A stretch of 64,000 bases of DNA. It comes from Eledone cirrhosa (taxonomy: Eukaryota). Shown here in pieces: positions 42,455 to 56,152 of the stretch. Numbering within the stretch: the first letter of the stretch is position 1; every line of letters starts with the position of its first letter. The notes beneath the pieces are model-generated. The model saw nothing but the letters and a program-made list of their open reading frames with translations. It was not told the DNA's origin and ran no database searches. The position numbers were made by a program, and so were the translations under genes. The DNA lies in assembly GCA_964016885.1 (NCBI GenBank), contig OZ024741.1, positions 392,274,001-392,338,000 on the forward strand. The letters are read 5' to 3'.

Positions 42455-43914
42455 CTAAGAAAGGAATACAACAAAATAAGATAGTTATTATCATTGTATG
42501 ACTAACAAAGCAGCATGAAAACTTTAAAGGAAAACAAATAAATATATATTTGAAAACGATAGTTCCAAACCATTTTTGTATAAAAAAATCAGTATAAAAA
42601 TGTAACATTTAATACAATCATAAAGGACACAGTGTATTAAAATTTTAGCAATTACACATGTTGTGGTGCTTATTTCCAGCTATTTAATATTTAAAAATGT
42701 GTTTGATTTTCAGCATTACTCAAATAAAAGTAAATTGATTTCCATCAGTTTTAACAATGAATTGTTTGATCAACTGAGTTACCTACTCACTGAATTAACA
42801 TATAAGCAGCTGGCTGGGTATTTCACAGACAAGTGTACCTATAATACAACCCTCAGATAGAATCAGTATGTTATCCAATGTAAGATATCGCTAGACATTT
42901 GAATTACAGGTACATCTAAGGGATTTCTATATAGATCCTGTCTACTCAATTTCACTCACAAGGCTTAGATCGAACCTGAGACCTTGTGATTACAAAGCAA
43001 ACAAGACGTAGCATGACTGAATGGTTAATTCATAAATACTCATGCACATACAACATGCATATAAAGAGAGTGAGTAAGTAAATTTACTACTTTTCTTTGT
43101 TTTATTCTGAACTTGATAACAATTGGTGTTCCTTATATTTACTTGGCACTCAGTCGATGACCAGACATTACACAGTAAAAATTGCTAAAATAACAAAGGA
43201 TTTCTTCGACATTATCCAATACTTTTTAATATAGTTCATTATAAGGCATAATATTTTCTTCCTTCTGTCCATTAGGACCATTGGGTGGCATACACCTGGG
43301 GTTCTGTATTTTAGAGAGACAGAGTGGATGAACAATTTATGTGTCCAAGTTGCTACCATTGGCCACTACATACGCACACAAGATGCGACATTGCTCTAGT
43401 TGAATTCATTTAGTCAAACATTTATGTCTTGCCAACATGAAGTTCTTAAAATGTGTTGTCTCTTATTGAAAGAAACTTTTTTTCTCTAAATTATATTCTG
43501 TTTGAAGCACTGAAACTTTGTAAAGCCAATGTGAGCCAACAAAGAACCCATTACATGGTCATTTAGCCTGTTATGAATAATAGCCAAATCTCCTTCAAAT
43601 CACATCCCATCACTTTAGAAAATGACATATTGGATAATGTTGTTCTTGGGTTAGCACATAGAAAAATACAAGATTTCCATAGTTGGAATGACTTTGATAA
43701 TAGCTCTGCATAATCATGGCTGACCTAGGGTTAATCAACTACAATAACAATATTTCTACATAGAAGGGGAAAAGGTTATGTGTGTTTATAAACAGACACT
43801 GTTCAAAGTGTTTTGACTGGTTACAAATGCGTTCAATTTACGTAGTAATGCATAAACTTATGTAATTTCAATGATTCTTTTAAAGAATTAAACTTCTAAA
43901 CTTTCTCATGAAAG

Positions 43915-44220
43915 TATAGGGCTGAATGATTAAGAATTTCTTTTGTGATTATGAGGTCTTGATTCCAGCGTGTGATACCTTGGGCAAGTGTCTTCTACTA
44001 TAGTTTCATATTGACTAAGCATTGTGGGGGAAATTGGACATCCAGAAATTATGTAGAAGCCCATTAAAAGTGCCAGTTTTGTCACATATTGTGTCATACT
44101 AAGTCTACCTGAGAATTATGTTAAAGGTATAAGTATCTGTGAATTACTCAGCCACTTACACAATAATTCAATGATTAAGTAGTTCAATTGATCATACAAT
44201 TGGAATATTCATTGTAAAAA
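43915..44220 (+). mobile_element. tRNA-derived SINE of a third family; relatives near 3915, 31195, 50200
   Basis: Degenerate A/B boxes; ttgggcaagtgtcttctactatag block. Confidence 0.6.
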
Positions 44221-44470
44221 TAGCAGAAGATGTATTTACTTTGTTCTACTGTACTAGATTAATGATAAATTTTCCATTATTGTTTTAGAAACTCCCAACT
44301 TGTTTAAAGCTGTTGTTTTGATTTCCTCTTTAATTTTGTATCAACTCAAGAAGACCATTTTTTACAGATGAATTTATCAATCTAACATTTTTCAACTGCA
44401 ATCTAGTTGCAGACTCTAGTGTTCCTACAAGTGAATAACAACAAGTTTGAATAATGATTTATTTCATTAC

Positions 44471-44632
44471 CGTGGATCATTAGGTGAGTGTTCAGAAAGA
44501 TTAGTCAATAAGACTGCCATGGTAAAACCAATATCCTTTGCTGGGTTATGGAAACGCTCAGTAAATTCATCATAATCAACTTTTCCATCTTGGTCAACAT
44601 CAACACACATCATGATGTAATCAATCTCCTCG
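44471..44632 (-). CDS. RyR: RyR exon with EF-hand 2 (EEIDYIMMCVDVDQDGKVDYDEFTERFHNPAKDIGFTMAVLLTNLSEHSPNDPR)
   Basis: tag/gtaat sites; AVLLTNLSEH signature. Confidence 0.97.
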
Positions 44633-46879
44633 CTACAATGAAACATCAACAATGAAATATTGAATCACAGTAAAACCATATTGCAAAAAATAAAAAAAAA
44701 CTTCAATAATATATATAAAGATATCACAATTAGAAACATACCAGCAATATTTTAAAATATCAGTAAAAATTCCATTGAATTTTATAAAGATATTTTCTCT
44801 TTATCTAATATAAAATTAATGACAAAATTAAAACTTATAAAAGTTTTATATATTTTCTTTGTTATAAGTTTCTTATTACATTGAACAAGAGGAATCTTTT
44901 TTAGCTTTACTGTTATACAAAAAGAGCTTAATCCTTACTTAGACCGCAAATGAATAATTATGGAAAGCTGATCATATTAATAAATAGTATCCAATGAAGT
45001 TTTAAATTCAATAATCAGTTGTTTATCAATGTGTCTCTTTTAAAGTATTGTGAAGTTTGAAATACAAATAATAGCATCACATATATTTATTATCGTCCAT
45101 AACGAGTAATGTGAGAATATAATATAGATATACATAAATGATTAATACTTATAAACATGGATGTATACTATTATTTTTTAAATAAATATACTTAAGTCTT
45201 TTTAATTATGCATAATGTTAGCAATCAAGAATTTTTGATGGTTTGATAAATATTTACAACAAGAGATTAAGGTAAAGTTTTATTGAGAAGATATTTATAA
45301 CATAACCCAAATTATAAATGATATGATACACACCAAGGGATTCCTGTAATTTTCATTAGAATAAACTTATAATTTAAACGAATTATATTGTAAAAAAATA
45401 AACCAAATGCATCATATAAAAAATATCTTGGTAAAGTAGCAATTAGCAACCAAAAGTATAATTATATATTACTGAAAGACATGAAACAATAAATTCCATA
45501 ATTAACAATAAAATATTGAAAAAAGATAAAACATTTTTAGTGTCAACACGGTAAAGATAAATTTCAGCAATGATGAGATGTAAACATGTAATATAAAAAT
45601 TACTATAGATGATGTTTGTTAATGGTGCCAAACACATACACACACAGAGGCAAGGATTTGAAAATGTTAAAAGGAGATTAAGAAATGAAAAATACCTATT
45701 AAAATAATTAAATTAAACATCTTTAGTGTTTATTTAGAAATGAAATTTGATAGAACATTGTAAAACACATATTAAATATGGAAATTTAAATCAATACATT
45801 TCAAGCTGTTTTATGATAAATTTCTTATAAAAAAATAGGAACAATGATAATAGTGAAACATTGTGTGCAACTACTGTTTGTCAATCTAAAACTGGTGTCA
45901 GAATAGTTCAGTTGAGCAAAGCAATAAAATAATAAGAAAAACCAATCAAGCTTTCACAGTAAGTAAAAACATTTATTTTAATTAATAAATAGAATATTAT
46001 CTACTGTCCTGATTATTTGCATTTCCAGATGAGTTGATACCAAGGGGGAACTTTTGATTTTATAATATGATCTCTTGTTAAAAGTATTCATATTTAAGAA
46101 AATATGTGAGTAGTTAAGTTATGATCCAAAGACCATTTAAATTATGAAAATGTTAGTTATTTTACTAAATCCTTAACAAATGTTTCATTGTTTTCAAATT
46201 ATATTGCAGCACAGTAATCCATAAGAAATACGATCATGAAACAATTTAAAATAAAGTTGGGCTTAAAAGATACATCGATAAACGTTATCATACTTGACTG
46301 ATTTTACACATTTTAAAAACTAGAAATGAAATAACAGCTACATGAAGGATATAATTACTTGAGATTTTTGTTCGAGAATGTTTAATTAATTATCAGTTAA
46401 TATACTAAACTCAAACTTTTCCAAAATATATATCTTAGAAATATCAATAAGTGTTTTGGATTTAAAAAAGAACAGCAGTTCTATAACTATTTATAATTAA
46501 ATTGTTCAGAATTTCAGACTAAGCTTAAATTACTGTTTTTATTATAAAGATATTTTGATATTGAAGCCTACCCTTTTCCATGGCAATAAAAAAGTCCCCA
46601 AGAAAAGCTGATCATGTGTGCTAGAAATGTTTCAATGTAACTGAGGGAACCAAAGAGAAAGCCAGAGGGGAAACGGTGAGAAAGAAAAGAGAAAGAAAAA
46701 ATGGGGATGAATAGGAAGCGGTGATAGTTAGGCATGGGGTGGAGGGGGGGGGGTAAAGAGAAAAGGGTTGAGAGAGATACATAACTTGGTTGGGAATCTA
46801 ATCTTTGTCTTAATTTCTTCATAGTCAATAATAGACTTATATGAAAAATTTCAGAAGCACAAATATTAATCCTGTTAGA

Positions 46880-47520
46880 AGCAACCATCTCCAGCTGATC
46901 CAGCTGGATCCCCAAGGGAGACCAGCCAAGCTCATGAATATTATCCAACCATCTTGCTTAGGGTCTACCCCTGGATCTCATGCCAGCTGGTATAGCCGAT
47001 AAAATATGTCTTGAGATTCTTTCCTGTGGCATTCTAACCACATGCTCATAGTATTGGAGCTGTGATCTCTCAATTCAGAGAAGTAGCAGCTCTACCTGGA
47101 GTGACTCTCTGATCTCTGAGTTGCACACTCTATAAAGTAATATTTTGGCTGCTTGTATTCACAATCGTATTCTTTCAGTCATTACCCAAGATTCATGACC
47201 ATAGGTAAGGGTTAGCACGAATACTGAACTGAAGAGAGGGAGTTTGGCTTTTATGCCTACCTCCCTTCTTCTGATTACTGAATGCTGAAGCTGGTACATT
47301 ACTGCACCAGCTCCATCAATTCTTGCACTTAATTCAGCTTTCTGCCTTCCATCACTTGTGAACACGGCCTGAGATACTTGAACTTCTCTACCTGCTTCAG
47401 TGGAGCTCCATTTACATATAGAGTGCACTGCACAGGTTTCCTTAAGAGGGCGAGTGTCTCAGTTTTGCAACACTCATTTTCCTTCCAGCTATGCTGCATT
47501 TAGCATCAAACCAATTGAGT
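46880..47520 (-). mobile_element. RTE LINE fragment of Rex3/Expander type
   Basis: VFTSDGRQKAELSARIDGAGAVM...LTYGHESWVMTERIR. Confidence 0.8.
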
Positions 47521-47595
47521 GAAATTTGGAGATCCCCTTCTGTTGAGTTCCTGCTGGAAGGAGTGTTTGAGGGCTCCACCCCCTGACCCTCTCAG

Positions 47596-47641
47596 GAAGA
47601 AGAAGAAGAAGAAGAAGAAGAAGAAGAAGAAGAAGAAGAAG

Positions 47642-47673
<32 letters not shown>

Positions 47674-47703
47674 GAAGAAGAAGAAGTAGAAGAAGAAGAA
47701 GAA
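47596..47703. repeat. (GAA)n microsatellite
   Basis: Direct inspection. Confidence 0.97.
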
Positions 47704-48139
47704 AATATTAACAATTAATATTAATTTCTTTATAGAATAACTGTAGAATGTTATTTGTAAAATATTCAATGTCAAATTATAAATGCCCGTTGTCTAGTGG
47801 CTAGGGTGTTAGGCTTATGATCTTACAGGGGTTGGTTTGATTTCAAGACAAGGTGATGTGATAAGACTTTGAGTAAAGCACTTCATTTCATTTTGCTCCA
47901 GTTCACTCATCTGAAAATGAGTACCAACAGCAGCCAGGAGTTAGCCCTGCAACAGACTGGCCAGTGGAAAGTCTTCAACTTTCAGTCACTGGATAAGCTC
48001 CAGGCTTCATCCAGCCCATGCAAACATGGTAAAACAATAACTCTTAATCCGAATGTAGAAAATTTAATGATTAACATTAATTTCTTCCTAATCAATAACA
48101 GACCTATATGAAAACTCCTGATGTTTATGATTAATATCA

Positions 48140-48299
48140 TCCACACTGTAAAGTGGTTGGTGTTAGGAAGGGCATCCAGCCGTAGAAAACCTGCCAGATA
48201 GTCCTATATGAGCGAGACACGGTCACCCGACCAACCTTGCCTCAAGTGGGACAATTCCCGTCTAACCCATGCTAGCGTGGAAGATGGACGTTAAACGAA

Positions 48300-48338
<39 letters not shown>
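48140..48338 (+). mobile_element. Short RTE-related non-autonomous element with (GAT)n tail
   Basis: gtaaagtggttggtgttaggaagggcatccagccgtagaaaac...ggacgttaaacg(atg)n. Confidence 0.8.
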
Positions 48339-48927
48339 CTAAATCCATAGAATAACAAGTTGTTTTAATTATGTATCAAATAGTAATTACAATTACTGAT
48401 TCATCAAATTATTTTGAAAGCATTATATACCTAAAAATCAGTATATAACTTTAATAATGATTAATTAATGCAACCACACAAAATTTAATAATGATTAATG
48501 CAACCATACAATTAAATTAAAAAAAGTTTTAAACCATTTTTCTTTTTTTGTCAATATTTATTTTAAGTTTTTTGTAAAGCCAAGAAAGTTTTAAAAAATC
48601 ACAATTTTTATCTAAACTTTCTTCCTGTTTTATCATGCAAACTAATAGAGCAAGCACTGAATTCCAACCATTCTACATTGTCTTTTTTTGAATGGCAATA
48701 GAAGTAACTGCAGCAATAACTACACTATGAAAACAAATATGGGAGCAGATAGCAACAATTGTAAAAAAAAATTAACAAAAGTTTGTAGTAGTAGTAATAG
48801 TAGTAGTAGTAGGAGTTGTTGTAGTAGTAATAGTAGTAATAAAAGTGGTGCTAGTAGTCATGGAAACAGCAACAGAAGAATTTTTTCATTTTACTTTTTC
48901 GTGTTTCTTACATGCTTTTTGACTTAC

Positions 48928-49007
48928 TTAGAATACACTTTTTGCTGTTCCATTGCATTACGGAATTCTTTGAGGGATACGGTGCCATCTTGATTAGCAT
49001 CAAATTC
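48928..49007 (-). CDS. RyR: RyR EF-hand 1 exon, variant B (EFDANQDGTVSLKEFRNAMEQQKVYSN)
   Basis: cag/gtaagt sites; 80 nt, phase 0->2; 12-residue EF loop DANQDGTVSLKE. Confidence 0.93.
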
Positions 49008-52000
49008 CTGATAGGGCAGAGGCAAATGAAAGGTAATAATTGATAGCTAAGCAGGACAGCTAAAATTGATGAAGACATTTCCAGCAAAATAGAGCAATAA
49101 AAACAACAACAGGGTACAAAAATGACAATAAAGATAAATAAATTATAAAAAAGTGGAATAAAAATTGAACAGAAAATATACAAAAAAAAAAGAAAGAAAT
49201 CTTAAAGAATAGTGAAAGATCAAAACATACAAATTGTATAGCACAAATAAAATGGAATCTTGAGAAATTCTAACCACAAACTGCTAGAGAGTGAAACCAA
49301 TTCTCCTTCAAATCACAGCCTATCATCTTAAAACAATAGATTTGACATTTTAATGGAAATTTTAGTGAAAATATTAGTGGGGCAATATTCCAACTATAGT
49401 CACAGATTATGAATAGATTGAATCAACAATGGAGACTCTATATAGTCACTTTAACTGCTAGAATAAACAGCCATATCTTCCTCAAATCACACCTTACTGT
49501 CTCAGAAACAGAAAAGTTATACTGTAGTCTTAGATACACTATGTTTGGAAAAAAGGAAAAAGATGGGATGGTTACAGCTTAAATACCATTTTTTAGTATC
49601 AAACTGTGGAAGCCTAGAAAAGTTTCTGTATAGTTTCAATCTACCAAATTTAACAGACGGGGTATTGGTGAACCCTAGAAGATACTTGCCTAAGGTAGCT
49701 GCATTCTAATGGGGCTGATAACTCTACTCGATCAGGGCTGGAGCTAAACACACAACAACTCACAAATAATTATGACCCCAAAAGTATAACTTTACAGTAT
49801 AATGAATAGAAACAATGTGGGTTTAAGAATACACCATGTAAAGTAGTTGGTGTTAAGAAGGATCTCCAGCCATAGTAGTCATATCAAAATATATGGAGCA
49901 TATGATGGGATGTAGTCCTCCAACCCATCTAAGAGAGCTGTAATTCGGAATAACTGACTGACACCATGATAACTAATTCAAACCATGCCAGCCACGATGG
50001 TGATAATAATAGTCTTATGTTGTTTATTGAATATCTTACCACTTATCTATGAGTTTATGAAGTTCAACTTGTTAGAAAAAACTAACTCCAGTTATGAAAT
50101 ATTGACAAATGTAATGAGATATATTTATTTAACTTTTACAATCATTGAAAAGCTTGAGGTGAACATCATTTCTAAATAGTTGACAGAAATAGGTACAAAC
50201 ATTTAAGAATTTTACTTCACAACTACATAGTTTCAGGTTGAGCCCCACTGCATAGCACCTTGGTCAATTGTCAGGTTGACCAAAATTCTGTAGATGAATA
50301 TCATCATAATCATTTAATGTACATTTTCTATGGTGGCATGGATATTGTCACTGTTATTCAGCTCTAGCTAGCTGGAATATATGGATTTCAGCCACTTCAT
50401 AGATGACTAACAGAAGGATGAGCTAAAGAGAGAGTCTCTTATGTGACAGACCATGTTGCTATAAATAACAGCCAAATCTCCTCCAAATCACACCTTACTG
50501 CTTTGCAAAGGAAAGGCGTGCGTATTTAGGATAATATATTTCTAGATACACTATATGTCCCAAAAGTACTTATATATAAATTATTACATTGATAATATTC
50601 ATCAAGAATAGTTTTGAGCTAAAGGTTCAGATAGTAGCAACGCTAGTAGTTAGCTAAACTGTATTATGTAGGTGATATATCAAGTTGGTGTTGGTGATAG
50701 CATATTGGCAATGAGTTAGGGATGATTGGAATAGATTTGGATAACTGATACCTCTTTTAGAAACAAAAAGGTTTCTCTTCATGAAAAGGGGACTACATGT
50801 GATGCATATGAAAAGAAAGGTGTTGTTTGGTAATGAAATATGAACAGTGAGTGAATATAGAGAGTCTGCAGCAATTGTACTGCAAATCAAAGGCATTGGA
50901 TACAGGAGATACCACTACATGTATTGTAAATGGATGATGCAAAGTAAAAACTGTTGTGAGAGGAAAATATAAGGCAAATTTAAGGATGATGGGCTTCATA
51001 AATGAGATGATACAGAAACAAGATGCAAAGAATAAGACTGTATTCTATATATATCCAAGCCATGCCAACATAGGAGAAAGAATGGTGATAATGAGGATAA
51101 CTTATGTTAACATAGAAAACAGCTGATATAATTAAAATAACTATAAGTATTACAATATCCTAAAATAAAATCCACAGTGTTTAGACAATAAAATAAATCT
51201 TTTGAAAGCTAATTAGATACAAGTATTTAAGATGAACATATTGAAGATTTTCTGACTTTCATTATCCTTCAATTTATTTCACATATATCTCTTGGTTAAA
51301 GGGGTAGGGCCACAGTGACATTTATTGCTTTTCCTTTCATATCTCTATAGAAATGCTCTCGTCTTCATCTCATTCTAGATGCGTGAGTGTGTGTCCATAC
51401 ATATATACACCAGGTCCGAACACAAAAGAACCAAACTCCCATTGTCACTGCCTCCATCTCTCCCACTCTCCTCCTCTCTCACTATTATGAGAAAATTGGT
51501 GCCCACACGCTGGCCACCCCGTGGCTCCAGCAGACAGAATAGAGAAGGTGTTTCCCTGAAGGATGGTGAGGGAGACATGCTGGAAGAGCCATTCCAGCTG
51601 ACGAGGTTTATACCTGTGGGTAGCCAAATCTGTGTCGATGGTGGTGAGCAGGGAGGTAGCCCTAGGGCTAAGGACACCTCTTCGGCAGCATTTATCATAA
51701 ATTAAATGAACTAAGACGATGACTATTCTATTCAAATTATAACTTCATTGTGGTCATTTGTTCATATTATTCCTTATAATAAAAAGTTACTAAATAGCAA
51801 AGCAATAGAGAATACATACAGTTTATTGATTAAATTATAAATTTAATGTGATTTTGTAATGATTATATCAGAGATCAATAATAATTTACCTCATCCTGTA
51901 AGAAGTAATATTTGATTTTAGTCAATCAATATCATAAACAATGTAATTTTAACGTGAAAGGTAAACAATTTAAATGTAATACAATAATAGCACAACTATT

Positions 52001-54089
52001 TGAATACTGTCTCTTTCATTCCCATGCCTGTAGTTCAGAGATCATGTCAACAACAAGGGTATCCTTGCTGAGATATATGAGAATTAATATCTCTTCTGAC
52101 ATACAAATGAAAGAAACTATGCCACTGTGTAACATGTTAAAAATAGTAAACAATCCTCCTTTACATTTTTTTAAAAAAGAAAAGACACAATGGTCTAGGC
52201 TGGAATGTTTTTGATCATAGGTATACTAAGTCAGAGCTGACATGTAGCCAAACAAGAACAACAAAAATACTTCTTTTGGTCTTCAGAAATGGTCAAACTC
52301 AGCACTAGAATCTGATAAAACACTTGCTATCTATAGTAGAGAATTATACTACCCCATGGTTCCCACTAACATCTATAATGTGAAGGCAGAATGTGTTGTC
52401 GATAGACAAAATGCAGCACCAAGGAGAGATTATAAACTGGTAGCCCTTCAACTAATTGTTCAATGTCTTATGGACTTTGCCATCTGCAACTCTTGAAATT
52501 AAGTAAAGGAAACAAGAAAGTTTAGAGTTCTAAAAATGGTTTAGTTTGATAATGATTGCTTAGAAAGCTAATGATTAGCAAACGTTACATTTACAATAGA
52601 GATATTTATCCATGTTTTGAATTAGAAATACAACAATGATTATAATGAAAATAGCAATGTGGAAGCTGATGACAATGAAGGTGGTGATGATGGTATTGGT
52701 ATAGTAGAATATTTCATCATACTATAAAGAGTACATTTTTGTTTAATGGCTCAAATATTTGCATTTCAAATAAAAAAATTATTTTTCTATCATCATATTT
52801 ATTATATCAATTGTGTGACTTAGTTGTTAGCGTGTTCCACTCATAAATGCAAGGTCCTTGAACAAGACACTTTATCTCATGCTCTAGTTCACTCAGCTGG
52901 CAAAGGTGAGATGCAACTGTAATTCAAAGGAGTAGCCATGTCACACTATATCACGCTGAATCTCCCTGAGACCATTATGAGTGCATGTATATGTGAATGT
53001 TCAGCCACTTGCACTTTAATTTCACAATCAAGCTGTTCTGTTGTACACACATCATCAAAATCAACAGAGATCCAACAACAGCATGACAGGCTTTTCTAGG
53101 TAAAGATACACTTTTCTTTGGATGAAAGAGACTTTCAAACTCATGCTTATGGAAGTAAATCTATTCCACAAGCCATCTCTATAAATGAAACTTAAGGGTC
53201 GGTCTGCCTCATGGTCTTAGCCAAAAAGGGAGGATGGTAAGGGAACAGCCATTCCACCTCATGGGGTTTGCGCTTGTGGGTAGCCAAGTCTGCTCTGATA
53301 GCAGTGAGCAGGGATTTGGTCCAGGGGAAGTCTCCACAGCCACAGGCTCAACCACAAACCTATCAAAGAACAGCCAATACTTTGACAGTTTGCCTTCTTT
53401 GTCCTGGCAGGTATTTTTTTTAAACATTGCCATTTTAAAAACATAGTTTATAGCATCTAGTTTGAATAGTTTAGATAATTTTGTAATATTTAGTTTTCAT
53501 GCATGAAAAAGAAATCTATAAAAGAAAAGGATATAAAAAGAAATAAATAACAATAAACAAACCGTATCGTACCAATAATAAAACATTTCAGATGAATACA
53601 ACATTTATATGATGATATGAAAAACCATAAAGAAACAAAAAAAAACAAAACAATGCCTCACCCCCCAAAATAATAAAAATGAATAAAATAAAAATAAAAA
53701 CGCCCAATATATGGCTATGACTTTCATAATTTGAAAATGAGAGAGAAAAAAATATATGTAACTAAAAATAAAGCAGGATATATAAAAGATAAAGACATGT
53801 AAGCAGGAACAGATATCTGTTAACAAATATATAGATTAATGAATATCAAAAAGATATGCATCCATTAAATAAGAAAAGCACACCGAAAAATGGCATAATG
53901 TAGTATGTTTGGAATTCAAACCAAATGAAGAAGATGAAATACATGACAAAATTTATTATTTGCTTACAGCAACTCATATAAAGAGTTGTAAAATAAAAAA
54001 AAATGTATTTTTGAAGATATAGAAGATTGTATTTAAATCATGCACACCTCCAGGCACATGTGTGTGTATATGTGTATATATGCATGTGC

Positions 54090-54147
<58 letters not shown>

Positions 54148-54498
54148 CTTGTTGTATGTTGTTTGTGTCTCCAGTCAGTATTTGAAATTAAAATGATAAT
54201 ATTTATGATCAAATATATTTCTATCTCATAATATATTGGTTTAATTTGTTAGTTGTTAATCTTCCTTTTATGGAGCAAAAAACATGCTGTTGAATATTAG
54301 AGTTAAATCATTGAATATATCCAATCATTTTGTTTGAAAGTATATGGAGATACAACAACAGCAACTACAACAAACAAAGACAACACATTATTTTCCTCAC
54401 CATTACCAATGACACCATCATGTAATTTATATAGCAGACTTTAGGGAAGGCATAGTGACCACAACTGTATAGTTATGTGTTAAAGCAAACATACACAC

Positions 54499-54578
54499 CG
54501 GCAGTACATTTTCTGTGATTCCATTAGTTGCCTGAATTCTTTCACTGATATGTAGCCATCCCGATTAGTATCATAATC
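54499..54578 (-). CDS. RyR: RyR EF-hand 1 exon, variant A (DYDTNRDGYISVKEFRQLMESQKMYCR), mutually exclusive with 48928-49007
   Basis: tag acceptor, upstream ctaac branch-like motif, gtgtgt donor; same length and phase as variant B; EF loop DTNRDGYISVKE. Confidence 0.85.
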
Positions 54579-55948
54579 CTATATTTTGGTAAGAAAAATT
54601 ACATATTACACAGATTGGTAAGGGCAAGTTTGTTAGCCACGGAAAGATTTTGTACATCTTTTCCTATGAAGTTTCAAATTCAGGACAAGTTTAATGTTAA
54701 AACTTGTGCAGTTTTATTATAAGACTTAAGACGAATTAAGAGCTTATGTAAATATGTTTATTTCAGATGAGAAAGGATATGAAAACGAAAAATCTTTCCA
54801 TTTTCAAAATGTTGTCAACTTCAGTAAGGGGACGTATTTGTGTGAATGTGAGTATGTGCATGTAAGTGTGTATGCGTGTGTATATGTGTGTGTGCATATG
54901 TACACACAAATATGGTTAAATTCCCCTTGAAATCTCAGTTTGCCAGATATATTAAAAGAAAACAAAATTGCTAAACATTGCTGTGAACATTTTATTTTTA
55001 TCTGTATAAATGAATTAATACAAATAATAATGATGATATTAATACAAAAAGAAAAACCACAGATTAAAAAAAACTCAAAAAATATAAAACAAAACACAAG
55101 TAGTTTAAGTGAAAAAAAATGGTATTGGCAAAAAGGTGATTTGATTAATGTTTAATTAAAGTCAGTTTCTTACATTAGTAGAATGAAATTATTTGGATTT
55201 TGAATTCAACAGAATATAATTATCAATATATTATTTACTTTTCTGGGTCAGAGAAGTTGCTATACATGGGAATGGCCCACACACACACACACTAATCTAT
55301 CTATCCTCCCCTCTCCCTCTAGGTATGTATGTATGTATGTCGTCACATGGTACTATGGGCCCAGCACTATGTGATTGTCACAAGTGTAGTGTTTGTACCA
55401 GAGTTTTCAAGTCGCTGGCTGGACTAAAAAGTCACACTCGTTCAGCGCATCGGTAGGGGTTCTCCTACATGGATATAAAGTAGTGGCCATACTCGAAAAC
55501 GAGTTGGCAGCCACCATGTATGTATGTTTGCATTCCCTTCATTCATTAACAGAGGTGCCTCATGTTTAAGTGAAAAGTATATTTTACTCCAGGGAACAAG
55601 CTTTGAACTCAATCTGATGTATTAAATTCGTGCAGGCATACTTTGAAATATTGCTATGTAATTTTTACCATATAAATAATAGTTATAATAATTATATGGT
55701 ATGGTTAGTTTTAAAATGGTTAGTTTGAAAATATTTTTATTATTTTTCAACATGCAAAATAATGAATATTAGATTTTAAATGATGAAATGTTTAATAATA
55801 TATCATATTTAACTCAAGTAACTAAAAAACTATATGCTTGAGAAAACCTTTTCCTAAGAAAATAATTTTAATTCTTTCATCTACTTAAAAAGAAATAATT
55901 TAGATTGAATAAATATGTGTGTGTGTATGTATATAAATAAATAAATAA

Positions 55949-56042
<94 letters not shown>

Positions 56043-56152
56043 CCTTATCGACAAAGGGCGGAAGAACTCATAAGAGTCAACAGCCATCCAAAAATGTGTA
56101 AATATGTATATACACATGTACATATGTATGTGTATGTGTATGCGTGTGTATA

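Noticed and set aside
52455-52500. Minus-strand ADGKV resembling an EF loop (third alternative exon?)
   Set aside because: In-frame stop, no acidic ligands, no fitting splice sites
48634-54044. Rbfox-type (U)GCAUG motifs downstream of both EF exons
   Set aside because: Few hits, within chance expectation without conservation data
54495-54498. Alternative gtatgt donor 4 nt downstream of exon A
   Set aside because: Gives 84 nt and breaks frame with the next exon, so the gtgtgt donor was chosen
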